Source of the DNA: Chthoniobacteraceae bacterium
Lineage (GTDB): Bacteria > Verrucomicrobiota > Verrucomicrobiia > Chthoniobacterales > Chthoniobacteraceae
Direction of reading: 5' to 3'
Assembly: GCA_040081625.1 (NCBI GenBank)
Contig: JBEBGD010000030.1
Location: forward strand, 1 to 53,171
Length of the DNA stretch: 53,171 bases
Numbering within the stretch: the first letter of the stretch is position 1; each line of letters opens with the position of its first letter. The translations under genes and the position numbers were made by a program. Shown here in pieces: positions 17,627 to 27,006 of this stretch. The notes beneath the pieces were generated by a model. It was not told the origin of the DNA and searched no databases. It was given only the letters and a program-made list of their open reading frames with translations.

Positions 17627-20600
17627 ATGCTCCGCCACCTCATCGCGCTCTGCATCGTCTCCGCCGCCTTCGCCGATGAAATCGCCGCGCCGAAGAAGGA
17701 CGACGACAAGACGCCGAAGAACGTCTCGCTCTCCGACAGTCCCGAGGCGGCGCTGAAGAAGTTCGCCGTCGCGCCGGGGCTGCGCATCGAGGTGTGGGCC
17801 GCGGAGCCGCTGCTCGCGAATCCTGTGGCGCTCAGCTTCGACGACCAGGGCCGCGCCTTCGTCGCCGAGACGTATCGCCGCCGCACGAGCGTGCCGGACA
17901 TCCGCAAATACGAGGAGTGGAAGCTGGAGAACCTCGCGTTGCGCAGCGTCGGGGACCGCATCGCTTTCCTGAAAGCCAAGGCGCCCGAGTCCGCGAAGGC
18001 GAAGCCCACGACGCTGCGGTCGGACTTCACCGGCGACGGGGTTTTCGACTGGCGCGATTGGACCGTCGAGAGCGAGCAGGTGAAGCTCGTGTGGGATGGC
18101 GACGGCGACGGCAAGGCGGACAAGAGCAGCGTCTTCGCGACCGGCTTCAACTCGCTGGCGACCGGCGTCGGCGCGGGCGTGCTCGCGCATGGCGGCAGCG
18201 TCTATTTCACCTGCACGCCCGATCTGTGGCGCATCGATGGCGAGCAGAAAACCGCGCTGCATACGGGCTTTGGCGTCCACGTCGTCTATAGCGGCCACGA
18301 CATGCACGGCGTGAAGATCGGCCCCGATGGCCGCATCTACTGGTCCATCGCCGACTGCGGCGCGCGCTTGACGACGAAGGAGGGCAAAGTCCTCGACAAT
18401 CCCGACAGCGGCGCCGTCTTCCGCTGCGATCCCGACGGCTCGAACCTCGAGGTCTTCGCGACCGGCCTGCGCAATCCGCAGTCGCTCGCGTGGAATGAAC
18501 TCGGCGACCTCTTCACCGGAGACAATAACGCGGACGGCGGTGACAAGGCGCGATGGGTTCACCTCGTCGAGGGCGGCGACTACGGCTGGAGCATCGGCTG
18601 GCAATTCCTGCCGAAGCTCGGCGCGTGGAACACCGAGGGCATGTGGCATCTCGATGCCACGGAGAAGAATCTCGCCGTGCTGCCGCCCGTCGGTCACATC
18701 GGCCACGGCCCGGCGGGCATCGCGTATTATCCCGGCACAGGCCTGCCCGGCGCGTATCGCGATCACTTCTTCTACGCGGACTTCCCCGGCGGCGTGCGCG
18801 ACTTCGCGCTCATCCCGAAGGGCGCGAGCTACACGGTCGATAATCCCAAGGACATCCTGATGGACAACTCGCCGCAGAACATGACCGGCAAGACCCTCTG
18901 GGGTCTCTTCCCGAGCGATGTCGCCTTCGCGCCGGGCGGCGGGCTCTACGTGCTCGACTGGGTGCAGGGTTGGGAGAAGACGGGCAAGGGGCGCATCTTT
19001 CGCGTGTTCGATCCCGCCGCCGACAAGGCCGCGCTCGAGACGAAGCGACTGCTCGGCGAGGGCTTCGCAAAGCGCGGCGTCGAAGATCTCAGCGCGCTCC
19101 TCGGGCACGCCGACCAGCGTGTGCGGCTCGGCGCGCAGTTCGAGCTCGTGCGGCGCGGGGACCCGATCCCGCTCGCGCACGTGACCCTCGCCCGCAATCC
19201 TCAGATCATGCGGGTGCACGGCATCTGGGGCATCGCGCAGCTCGCGCGGGCGAAGCCCGGAGCCACGCGGAGCTTGATGCCGCTCGCCATGGATCCCGAC
19301 CCGGAGGTGCGCGCGCAGTGGGCGAAGTGCATCGGCGAGGCGCGGGCCGCGGGCGAAGTTGATCTCGTCCGGCGCCTGCTCGCCGACCGCGAGCCGCGCG
19401 TGCAGTTCTTCGCCGCGCAGGCGCTCGGCCAGCTCGCCGACACCAAGTCCGCGCCCGCGCTCGCGCGGCTCGCAGTCGCGGCGAAAGCCGATCCGCACCT
19501 GCGCCACGCCGCCGTCCGCGCGCTCGTGCGCTGCGAGGGAGAAGCCGAAGCCGTGCGCGCTGGCGGAGAGGTCGCGCTGCTCACGCTGCGCGCACTCCGC
19601 TCGCCAAAGGTCGCCGACTTCCTCGCCGTCGCAGTGAGCGCCGCGCCACCGCCGGCCACGCCAGCGAAGGCGTCCGCCAAAAAGAAACCGCGCCGCGCCG
19701 CGCCCGCGCCGCCGGCCATCCCGCCGCTCGCGCTCGAAGCCGCGCGCGCCATCCACGACGCGCCGATCCCCGAGGCATGGCCGCAGCTCGCCGCGCTCGC
19801 CGAGACGACGCTCCCCGAGCCGATCAGCCGCCGCGCCATCAATGCCAACTATTTGCTCGGCACGCCCGAGGCCGCGCAGCGTCTCGGCCGCATCGCCGCG
19901 AACGCGAAAGCGCCGCAGCCCTCGCGGCTCTTCGCGATCGAGTCGCTCGCGATCTGGACCGAGCCTTTCGGCCAGGACCGCATCACCGGCCTGTGGCGCA
20001 AGCTGCCGCCGCGCGCCGATGCGCAGGGCGCCGCCGAAGTCGCCGCGCAGCTCGCGCCCGCGCTCCTCGCCGACGCGGACGACGCCATCCGCCTCGCCGC
20101 CACCGCGCTGCGCACCCCGGCCGCCGAGCCCGCGCTGCTCGCACTCGCGGCCGATGCGAAGGCGAAGGGAGAAGTCCGCGCCGCCGCACTGCACGCGCTG
20201 AGTGCCATGAAGTCCACGGCGCTCGCCGACGCCGTGACGACCGCGCTCTCCGACAAGGACACCATCGTGCTCGACACCGCGCGCGATCTTGCCGAGGCCG
20301 TCTCGCCCGAGCTGGCGGTGAAGGTCAACGCCGCCGTGCTCGGCAAAGGTGGCACGCGCGAGCAGCAGGCTGCGCTCGCCACCATCGCGCGCCAGCCCGT
20401 CGCCGACGCCGACGCCGCGATCGCCGCGCAACTCGACCGGCTCGCCGCCGGCAAGCTGCCGAAGCAACTCCAGCTCGACCTGCTCGAAGCCGCCGCGCAG
20501 CGCACCGATGCGACGGTGAAGGCGAAGCTCGCTGCCTACGAGGAAACGCGCAAAGCCGACGACCCGCTCGCCGCGTGGCGCGAATGCCTCGAGGGCGGCG

Positions 20601-21019
20601 ACTCGAAGCTCGGACGCGAGGCCTTCTACGAGAAAGCCGAGGCCGCGTGCCTGCGCTGCCACAAGGTCAAGGGCGAGGGCGGCGACGTGGGCCCCGATCT
20701 CGCCGGCTTCGGCGCGAAGCACGACCGCGAATACATCCTCCGCGCCATCATCGACCCGAGCGCCGTCATCGCGCCCGGATACGAGAACGTGATGTTCACG
20801 CTGACCGACGAGAAGACGATCGTCGCCGGCCTGCTCAGCGCCGAGGACGCGACGAGCGTGACGATCAAGTCGCTCACAGACAGCTCCACGCAGCGCGTCG
20901 AGAAGACGAAGATCAAGGAGCGCATCACCGTCCCGAGCGCGATGCCGCCCGGCCTCGGCGAAGTGCTCGGCAAGCGCGCGCTGCGGGACGTGGTGGAGTA
21001 TCTGGCGAAGCTGAAGTAG
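17627..21019 (+). CDS. PVC-type membrane-bound dehydrogenase / heme-binding protein (beta-propeller, HEAT repeats, cytochrome c)
   Basis: Signal peptide, WAAEPLLANPVA, GHDMHG..IGPDGRIY, FATGLRNPQ, HEAT repeats, C-terminal CLRCH heme motif, VGPDL, SAMPPGL. Start at MLRHL (17627). Confidence 0.88.
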   Translation: MLRHLIALCIVSAAFADEIAAPKKDDDKTPKNVSLSDSPEAALKKFAVAPGLRIEVWAAEPLLANPVALSFDDQGRAFVAETYRRRTSVPDIRKYEEWKLENLALRSVGDRIAFLKAKAPESAKAKPTTLRSDFTGDGVFDWRDWTVESEQVKLVWDGDGDGKADKSSVFATGFNSLATGVGAGVLAHGGSVYFTCTPDLWRIDGEQKTALHTGFGVHVVYSGHDMHGVKIGPDGRIYWSIADCGARLTTKEGKVLDNPDSGAVFRCDPDGSNLEVFATGLRNPQSLAWNELGDLFTGDNNADGGDKARWVHLVEGGDYGWSIGWQFLPKLGAWNTEGMWHLDATEKNLAVLPPVGHIGHGPAGIAYYPGTGLPGAYRDHFFYADFPGGVRDFALIPKGASYTVDNPKDILMDNSPQNMTGKTLWGLFPSDVAFAPGGGLYVLDWVQGWEKTGKGRIFRVFDPAADKAALETKRLLGEGFAKRGVEDLSALLGHADQRVRLGAQFELVRRGDPIPLAHVTLARNPQIMRVHGIWGIAQLARAKPGATRSLMPLAMDPDPEVRAQWAKCIGEARAAGEVDLVRRLLADREPRVQFFAAQALGQLADTKSAPALARLAVAAKADPHLRHAAVRALVRCEGEAEAVRAGGEVALLTLRALRSPKVADFLAVAVSAAPPPATPAKASAKKKPRRAAPAPPAIPPLALEAARAIHDAPIPEAWPQLAALAETTLPEPISRRAINANYLLGTPEAAQRLGRIAANAKAPQPSRLFAIESLAIWTEPFGQDRITGLWRKLPPRADAQGAAEVAAQLAPALLADADDAIRLAATALRTPAAEPALLALAADAKAKGEVRAAALHALSAMKSTALADAVTTALSDKDTIVLDTARDLAEAVSPELAVKVNAAVLGKGGTREQQAALATIARQPVADADAAIAAQLDRLAAGKLPKQLQLDLLEAAAQRTDATVKAKLAAYEETRKADDPLAAWRECLEGGDSKLGREAFYEKAEAACLRCHKVKGEGGDVGPDLAGFGAKHDREYILRAIIDPSAVIAPGYENVMFTLTDEKTIVAGLLSAEDATSVTIKSLTDSSTQRVEKTKIKERITVPSAMPPGLGEVLGKRALRDVVEYLAKLK

Positions 21020-21060
21020 GCGCCTTGTCTTCCGTCCGCTCCCGCCTACGCTGCGCGCCG

Positions 21061-21507
21061 ATGAAACTCGCTCTCACCCTCGCAATCACCTTCGCATTTA
21101 CCATGAACATGAACGCCCAATCAGCACTCGAACGCGGACAGAAATACCTCAAAGACAACTCGACCAAGGAGGGCGTGAAGACGACCGCCAGCGGGCTGCA
21201 ATACAAGATGGTGAAGGAAGGCACCGGGCGCACCCCGACCGCGACCGAGACGGTGGTCGTGCATTACAAGGGGACGACGATCGATGGGAAGGAGTTCGAC
21301 AGCTCCTACAAGCGCGGCGAGCCGGCGGAGTTCCCGCTCAATCGCGTGATCCCCGGCTGGACCGAAGGCCTGCAACTCGTGAAAGAGGGCGGCAAGGCGC
21401 TGCTCTACATCCCGAGCGAGCTCGCCTACGGCAAGCGCGGCGCGGGCGGTGACATCGGGCCGGATGAGACGCTCATCTTTGAGGTCGAGCTGCTGAAGAT
21501 CAAGTAG
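21061..21507 (+). CDS. FKBP-type peptidyl-prolyl cis-trans isomerase
   Basis: GVKTTASGLQY, VHYKG...GKEFDSSY.RG, VIPGWTEGLQL, IPSELAYG, LIFEVELL. Signal peptide from ATG 21061. Confidence 0.95.
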   Translation: MKLALTLAITFAFTMNMNAQSALERGQKYLKDNSTKEGVKTTASGLQYKMVKEGTGRTPTATETVVVHYKGTTIDGKEFDSSYKRGEPAEFPLNRVIPGWTEGLQLVKEGGKALLYIPSELAYGKRGAGGDIGPDETLIFEVELLKIK

Positions 21508-22296
21508 GTGCCTGCGCTCGCGGGCAAAGTCGTCGTCATCATCGGCGGCACCACGGGCATCGGGCTCGCCGCTACGACGGCGTGCCTCGATGCCGGCGCG
21601 CGTGTCGTGGCGGTGGGGCTGGGAGGCACCAAACGCGCCCGGAGCGCGCGTTCCACCACGCACCGCGACAGCTTGCGCGAGATCGTCGCGGATGCGCGCG
21701 ATGCTGCGACTGCTCCGCAGGCGATCGAGGAAGCGGTGGGCGAGTTCGGTGGCTTCGATGCGCTCTATCACGTCGCGGGTGGCAGCGCGCGGAAGTGGGG
21801 CGACGGGCCACTTCACAAGTTGAGCGACGAGGGATGGGCGAAGACGATCGAGCTGAACCTGACGAGCGTGATGTTCTCCAACCGCGCGGCGGTGCGGCGA
21901 TTCCTCGCGCAGGGCACGCGCGGCTCGATCCTCAATCTCGCGAGCGTGCTCGCCTTCGCGCCGTCGCCGCGGCACTTCGGCACGCACGGCTACGCGGCGG
22001 CAAAGGCGGGGATCATCGGCTTCAGCCGCAGCCTCGCAGCGGGCTATGCGGCGCATGACATCCGCGTGAACGTGCTCGCGCCGGGCTTGGTGGATACGCC
22101 GATGGCGCAGCGCGCGGCGCAGGATGAAACGATCCAGCGTTACATCGCGGGCAAGCAGCCGCTCGACGGCGGGCGCATCGGACGCGCGGACGATCTCGCG
22201 GGTGCGGCGGTGTTTTTCCTCAGCGACGCGTCGGCCTTCTGCACGGGGCAGGTGCTCGCGATCGATGGCGGTTGGTCGGTGAGCGAGAGCGAATGA
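21508..22296 (+). CDS. Short-chain dehydrogenase/reductase
   Basis: GGTTGIG, YAAAK catalytic motif, IRVNVLAPG..DTPM, TGQVLAIDGG. Confidence 0.9.
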   Translation: MPALAGKVVVIIGGTTGIGLAATTACLDAGARVVAVGLGGTKRARSARSTTHRDSLREIVADARDAATAPQAIEEAVGEFGGFDALYHVAGGSARKWGDGPLHKLSDEGWAKTIELNLTSVMFSNRAAVRRFLAQGTRGSILNLASVLAFAPSPRHFGTHGYAAAKAGIIGFSRSLAAGYAAHDIRVNVLAPGLVDTPMAQRAAQDETIQRYIAGKQPLDGGRIGRADDLAGAAVFFLSDASAFCTGQVLAIDGGWSVSESE

Positions 22297-23168
22297 ACGC
22301 GATCGGGATCGACCTCGGCGGCACGCAGATCAAAGCCGTGGTGGTGAGCAAGAGCGGCGAGGTGCTGCGGCGCGAATTGCGCGCGACGAATGACGACGGG
22401 ACTGACGGCTTTGCCGGGGCGGTGCGCGCCGTGGTGGAGGAACTTGGGCGCGACCTTCCGCTCGGCCTCTCTGCGCCGGGACTCGCGCGGGCGGATGGCC
22501 GCGCGATCGCGTCGATGCCGGGGCGGATGCACGGGCTGGAGGATCTCGACTGGACGAGCTTCCTCGGGCGCGAGCGGCCGGTGCCGGTGATGAATGACGC
22601 GCACGCGTCGCTGATCGGCGAGGCGTGGACGGGCGCGGCGCGTGGGTTTCGCGATGTGATCATGCTCACCCTCGGCACGGGCGTGGGCGGGGCGATCATC
22701 TCCGACGGGAAGCTGCTGCGCGGGCACCTCGGTCGCGGCGGGCATCTCGGGCACACGTGCGTCGATTTCAACGAGGCACCGGACGACACGGGGATGCGCG
22801 GTTCGCTCGAGGTCTTTTGCGGCAACCAGAACGTCCGCGAGCGCACGGGCGGGCGCTTCGCGACGACGCACGAACTTGTCGCCGCGTATCGCAGCGGCGA
22901 TGCAGAGGCGGAGAAGTGCTGGCTGCGCTCGGTGCGCGCGCTCGCGTGTGCGATCGCGTCGTTTACGAACATCCTCGATTGCGAAGCGGCGATCATCGGC
23001 GGCGGGATCGCGCAGGCGGGCGACGCGCTCTTCACGCCGCTGGCCGGGGAAATCGCGAAGGTCGAATGGCGACCGCTCGGCCATGCGGTGAAGCTCTTGC
23101 CCGCGATGCTCGGTGAGTGTGCGGGCGCGATCGGCGCGGCGAGGAGCGCACTGGACCCGACGCATTAG
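22293..23168 (+). CDS. ROK-family sugar kinase
   Basis: IGIDLGGTQIK, NDAHA...GE, LTLGTGVGGAII..GKL, IIGGGI. ATGA coupling to the SDR gene. Confidence 0.88.
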   Translation: MNAIGIDLGGTQIKAVVVSKSGEVLRRELRATNDDGTDGFAGAVRAVVEELGRDLPLGLSAPGLARADGRAIASMPGRMHGLEDLDWTSFLGRERPVPVMNDAHASLIGEAWTGAARGFRDVIMLTLGTGVGGAIISDGKLLRGHLGRGGHLGHTCVDFNEAPDDTGMRGSLEVFCGNQNVRERTGGRFATTHELVAAYRSGDAEAEKCWLRSVRALACAIASFTNILDCEAAIIGGGIAQAGDALFTPLAGEIAKVEWRPLGHAVKLLPAMLGECAGAIGAARSALDPTH

Positions 23169-23186
23169 CCGTCGCACTCTGCGCGC

Positions 23187-23897
23187 ATGATCAACCAAGC
23201 AGTGATTCTCGCCGCAGGCCGCGGCACGCGGATGAAGGACCTCACCGACGAGCTGCCGAAGCCCATGCTAGTAGTGCGCGGCCGGCCGATCCTCGAGCAC
23301 ATCGTCGAGGGTTTGCGCGACGCGGGAATCCGGCGGGTGTTGCTCGTTGTCGGCTATCGCGAGGATGTGGTGCGCGGGCATTTCGGCGACGGCGTAGCGC
23401 ACGGCGTGGCGATCGAATACGTGACGCAAGTCGTGCAGGACGGCACCGGGCGCGTGGTGGAGCTGGCGAAGGCATTCGTGGGGTCTGAGCCGTTCATCCT
23501 CAGCTACGGCGACATTCTCATCCACGCGGAGAACTACAGGCGGCTGGTCGATCTGGGCGAGGCGGAGGGAATCATCTCGGTGAAACACAATCCCGGCGAG
23601 ATCGCGAAGGGCGGCGCGATCTTCGTGGATGCGAACTTCACCGTGACGGACGTGCGCGAGAAGCCGGGCGAGGGCGAGCCGACGAGCCCATGGTATAACG
23701 CGGGCGTGTATTCATTCCGCCCAAGCATCTTTACCCACACGGCGACGATCGAGAAGTCGCCGCGCGGCGAATACGAGCTGACCGACGCGATCCGCGCGCT
23801 GGCGCAGGCGACCGGGAAAGTGCGTGCGCTCGAGCTCAGCGGCGACTGGGCCGATGTGCGCGATCCGCAGGTGCTCGCGGCGCTGAACGCCCGTTAG
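23187..23897 (+). CDS. Sugar-phosphate nucleotidyltransferase (NTP_transferase)
   Basis: AVILAAGRGTRMK.LT...PKPML, YGD, EKP, NAGVY, SPRGEYELTDAI. Confidence 0.9.
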   Translation: MINQAVILAAGRGTRMKDLTDELPKPMLVVRGRPILEHIVEGLRDAGIRRVLLVVGYREDVVRGHFGDGVAHGVAIEYVTQVVQDGTGRVVELAKAFVGSEPFILSYGDILIHAENYRRLVDLGEAEGIISVKHNPGEIAKGGAIFVDANFTVTDVREKPGEGEPTSPWYNAGVYSFRPSIFTHTATIEKSPRGEYELTDAIRALAQATGKVRALELSGDWADVRDPQVLAALNAR

Positions 23898-24442
23898 CGC
23901 GACGCTGCTTTTGCCTCGACCGGTGGAGCCGGCACCGGCGTCGCGGGTGGCGCCGGCGGCACGACGTCGCGATCCTCGTTGAGCAGCAGAGTCTGCTCGC
24001 TCCTGCGGTCGCCCAATTCGGGTCGCTTGAGCTGCACGGCGAAAAGCTTGTCCTCGTATTGCAGCCACACTTGCCCGTCGGTGATGCGATAGAGGCGGAT
24101 GCGCAGTTGAGCGCTACCACGTGGCAGGCGCAGGAACTGGCCTTCCTCGTAGGAGCGTCCGTTGATCACGGCGAGCGCGGGATTGCCGAGCAGGATGCTG
24201 GTGAGGCGAAACGCCGACTCATCGACATTGGCCGCCTGCACGACCACGGTCTGCCCGGCGGACTTGACCCAGCCGATCGGGACAAACGGCGCGCGCGCGC
24301 TCTCGGCCACGGCAAAGCGCGACTTGGTGTTCAATTGATACGTGCTGACTGGCTTCGGCGTTTCGGCTGGCGCGACAGCGTCCCCGCCGCGGGTGGCCGC
24401 AGCGCATGCGAACAATGCGAGGATGAGTGGTAGGCGCTTCAT
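23894..24442 (-). CDS. Secreted PilP/GspC-like accessory protein (hypothetical)
   Basis: Signal peptide MKRLPLILALFACAA, RAPF.P and FRLTSILLG..ALAVINGRSYEEG. Last gene of the pilMNO-like operon. Confidence 0.6.
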   Translation of the reverse strand: MKRLPLILALFACAAATRGGDAVAPAETPKPVSTYQLNTKSRFAVAESARAPFVPIGWVKSAGQTVVVQAANVDESAFRLTSILLGNPALAVINGRSYEEGQFLRLPRGSAQLRIRLYRITDGQVWLQYEDKLFAVQLKRPELGDRRSEQTLLLNEDRDVVPPAPPATPVPAPPVEAKAASR

Positions 24443-24990
24443 TGCTTGACCATGTTGATGAGGGTGAGCTGCACGCGCTGCGTGTCGGGTTCCTCGCGCT
24501 GCGTCTCGATGCTGATGCTCTCGATGCTCACGAGAAGTTCTTCGTTCTCGAGTGCGGCGATGGTGGTGCCCAAGGTGAGGCACTCCGCGCGCGGGACCTC
24601 GACGCCCCAGGTGATCCGCCGGTAACCGGGCAGTTTCGGATGTGCCACCTCCGCGTTGAGCCGCGTGGTGGCCCGGTCGATGCCGCGGGTTTTGAAGAAC
24701 TCGCCGATGCGCGTCGGGAACCACGCGACGGGTGCGCCCTCGGGGATCATTCTGTCGATCTGCGCGAGCGTCGCTTGTGCGAGGGGGGCTTGCTGGCGCA
24801 CGTCCGCATCGCGGGCGAGCTGCGCGCGCGCCTTAGCGATCTCCGGGTCGAGTGCGGCGATGCTCTTCTTGGTGGTATTGTGGCTGGCCTGCAGCGGGAA
24901 GAGCAGCAGGGTGAAGTAGCCATAGACCACGCCGAGGCCGGCGAGGACGCCGAGGACGATCTTCTGGATTTGATCTTTGCTCAGTTTCAT
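24439..24990 (-). CDS. PilO/GspM-like inner-membrane alignment protein
   Basis: N-terminal TM, coiled coil and a ferredoxin-like C-terminus (IAALENE..LVSIESISI). Positioned after pilN. Confidence 0.65.
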   Translation of the reverse strand: MKLSKDQIQKIVLGVLAGLGVVYGYFTLLLFPLQASHNTTKKSIAALDPEIAKARAQLARDADVRQQAPLAQATLAQIDRMIPEGAPVAWFPTRIGEFFKTRGIDRATTRLNAEVAHPKLPGYRRITWGVEVPRAECLTLGTTIAALENEELLVSIESISIETQREEPDTQRVQLTLINMVKQ

Positions 24991-24995
24991 GGGGA

Positions 24996-25652
24996 TTAGC
25001 CGCGGCGTTTCTTGCGGTCGGCGGGCGGCGGCGTCGCCGGTTGGTCTTCGCCGACTTGCAGTGAGATGGTGATGCCGAAAGTCGCCGTGGGCAGGCTTTT
25101 GCCATCGAGACTCGCCATCTCGGCGCCTTCATCTAGCTGACGGAAGCTGGCGGTGACGTGCTTGTATTTCTTCCCAAAGGTCTCGACGAGGGCCTGTCGG
25201 AGGTCTTCCGCCACCCGGCGCGGGTCGGGGCCTGCGGCGATGCCATCGAAGGTCATTTGCGCTTTCTTGAGATCCTCGCCCTGGACGGAACCCGTGAGCT
25301 TCACGATCTGCACTTCGCGAGGGACGGCTTTGACGACGTCCTCGATGACAGGTGCCCAGTAGAAACGGGTCTCGATGTTTTTGACGAATTTCTCGCTCGT
25401 CTCGAGAGTTCGCATGAGAGTTTTCTCACGTTTCTCGGCTTCGCGGGCTTGGGGATCGAGTTGATCGAACTGCGACTTGAGATCCCCGAACTTCGCGTTG
25501 AGCGCGGAGGAGCGGCTGAGTTCGAGCACATACATCGCGGCGAAGATCACGACGACGACGCCGAGAATATAGCCGGCGATTTTCAACGGGTCGCGCCGGC
25601 TGGCCGACCGCTGCGAGTCGATCTCGTGGTAAAGATTGATGCGAAGTGCCAT
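24996..25652 (-). CDS. pilN: PilN-like protein
   Basis: RINL N-terminal PilM-binding motif, TM, coiled coil, W..V...V...VP.EV. Immediately after pilM. Confidence 0.7.
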   Translation of the reverse strand: MALRINLYHEIDSQRSASRRDPLKIAGYILGVVVVIFAAMYVLELSRSSALNAKFGDLKSQFDQLDPQAREAEKREKTLMRTLETSEKFVKNIETRFYWAPVIEDVVKAVPREVQIVKLTGSVQGEDLKKAQMTFDGIAAGPDPRRVAEDLRQALVETFGKKYKHVTASFRQLDEGAEMASLDGKSLPTATFGITISLQVGEDQPATPPPADRKKRRG

Positions 25653-25656
25653 GAGA

Positions 25657-26685
25657 TTAGTGAGGGTTGAGCAATTCCGCCGCGGCGCCGCAAGCCACGT
25701 GCAGGTCGAACATTTCCGCCGGGAAGCCGGCGCGCTGGCGTGATGGCAGCGACACGTCGCACGGATCGAATGGATTCCATGGCTCGCAGGGGATGCGCAG
25801 TTCGTCGCTCATCACCCGCAGCAACGACTGGGATTTGGCTGGGCCACCGGAGACGTGGATCTTCGGAATGGCTTCCTCGCGACGTCCCTCGAAGAAGCCA
25901 ATCGAGCTGCTGACCTCCCGCGTGAGGTTCATCATCGCTACGCGCACATTATCGAGCATCATCTCATCCTGCTGGGCGAGTGCGATGAGCACCGATTCGC
26001 GCGGCTCGCCGCTCATGGCCGAGAGCGTCTCGAGGATCGAGTGCCCGCCGACTTCGACGGAGCGCACCAGCACCAGTTCGCGCTTGGAACCGAGGATCAT
26101 CGTCGAACTGAGGTGGCCGATATCGATCAGGAAGAAGGCTTGCGCGGAAAAGATCTCCGGGTGCGAGAACTCGAACGCGTTGAAGAGACTAATCGGCGCG
26201 AGTTGGAGCGTGTTCACCACCGAGCCGGTGCCATCGAGTGCTTCGTGGTAGCGCTGGAGTTCCCGCCGGGGCATCCCACCCACGACGTAGCGCTGCTGGC
26301 CGGAATCGGTCCGTTCATTACCGCTGGCGGAAATCTTGTCGCAATCGAGGACGAACTCGCGGCAGTCCTGGTTTAGCAGGTTGGCGCCGTTGAGGCGAAG
26401 TGCGTTGCGGAGTATCTCCGGCGGCATCTCGGGCTGTTCGATGATGCGCACCAATGCTTCCGGCGCCGACACTGCGACCGCGAAGGCGCGCGCCGAGCCC
26501 ATTTGCTTGAGCACGTCGCGAATCGTGGTGCCGAGTTGCGCGCTGCTCGCGGTTGCGCCGTCGAGCTGTCGCGTCGCGTAGTGAGTCACCGCGAAGCGGC
26601 CTTCGCCGCGCCGCTGGAGTTGGACGCATTTGATCGCGTAGCGACCGACATCGAGGCCGATTACTGAGGATGGGGCTTTAGCCAT
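25657..26685 (-). CDS. pilM: Type IV pilus assembly protein PilM (actin-like)
   Basis: IGLDVG.YAIKCVQL, LIDIGH.SS, VRSVEVGG, EVSSSIGFF, IHVSGG.A, PWNPF, VACGAA. Confidence 0.85.
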   Translation of the reverse strand: MAKAPSSVIGLDVGRYAIKCVQLQRRGEGRFAVTHYATRQLDGATASSAQLGTTIRDVLKQMGSARAFAVAVSAPEALVRIIEQPEMPPEILRNALRLNGANLLNQDCREFVLDCDKISASGNERTDSGQQRYVVGGMPRRELQRYHEALDGTGSVVNTLQLAPISLFNAFEFSHPEIFSAQAFFLIDIGHLSSTMILGSKRELVLVRSVEVGGHSILETLSAMSGEPRESVLIALAQQDEMMLDNVRVAMMNLTREVSSSIGFFEGRREEAIPKIHVSGGPAKSQSLLRVMSDELRIPCEPWNPFDPCDVSLPSRQRAGFPAEMFDLHVACGAAAELLNPH

Positions 26686-26745
26686 TGCTTAATTGCGAGA
26701 AAGCAGCCGATGTGCCGGGCTCCGTCTCGCGGTGAATATTTGTCG

Positions 26746-27006
26746 TTATTGCGAATCCAGCGCCGCCGTCGGAGGCGCATCGGCGCGATTTCCGCGCGGC
26801 ATTTCCGCGACGGTCTGTTGGAGGATCAAGAGCGCGGCGACCGCGCCGAGCACGATCAAGAGCAGGGCGGTCGCCACGACAGCGGCTCGATGTCGTGGCG
26901 TGGTCCGGCGGCGTGCGCGTTTCGTCGCGATCTGCATCTCGAGCAACTTGAGCAGTTGCTCTGGTGTCGGCTCGGTGGATTTGGTTGGGTTGATTATTTC
27001 AGGCAT
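26746..27006 (-). CDS. Small single-pass membrane protein (hypothetical)
   Basis: MPEIINPTKSTEPTPEQLLKLLEMQIA, a basic patch, then one TM (VVATALLLIVLGAVAALLIL). Upstream of pilM on the same strand. Confidence 0.6.
   Translation of the reverse strand: MPEIINPTKSTEPTPEQLLKLLEMQIATKRARRRTTPRHRAAVVATALLLIVLGAVAALLILQQTVAEMPRGNRADAPPTAALDSQ

Noticed and set aside
19777..21060. 576-aa ORF suggesting a large FKBP fusion
   Set aside because: The upstream part is an off-frame shadow of the heme protein. The FKBP starts at ATG 21061 with its own signal peptide.
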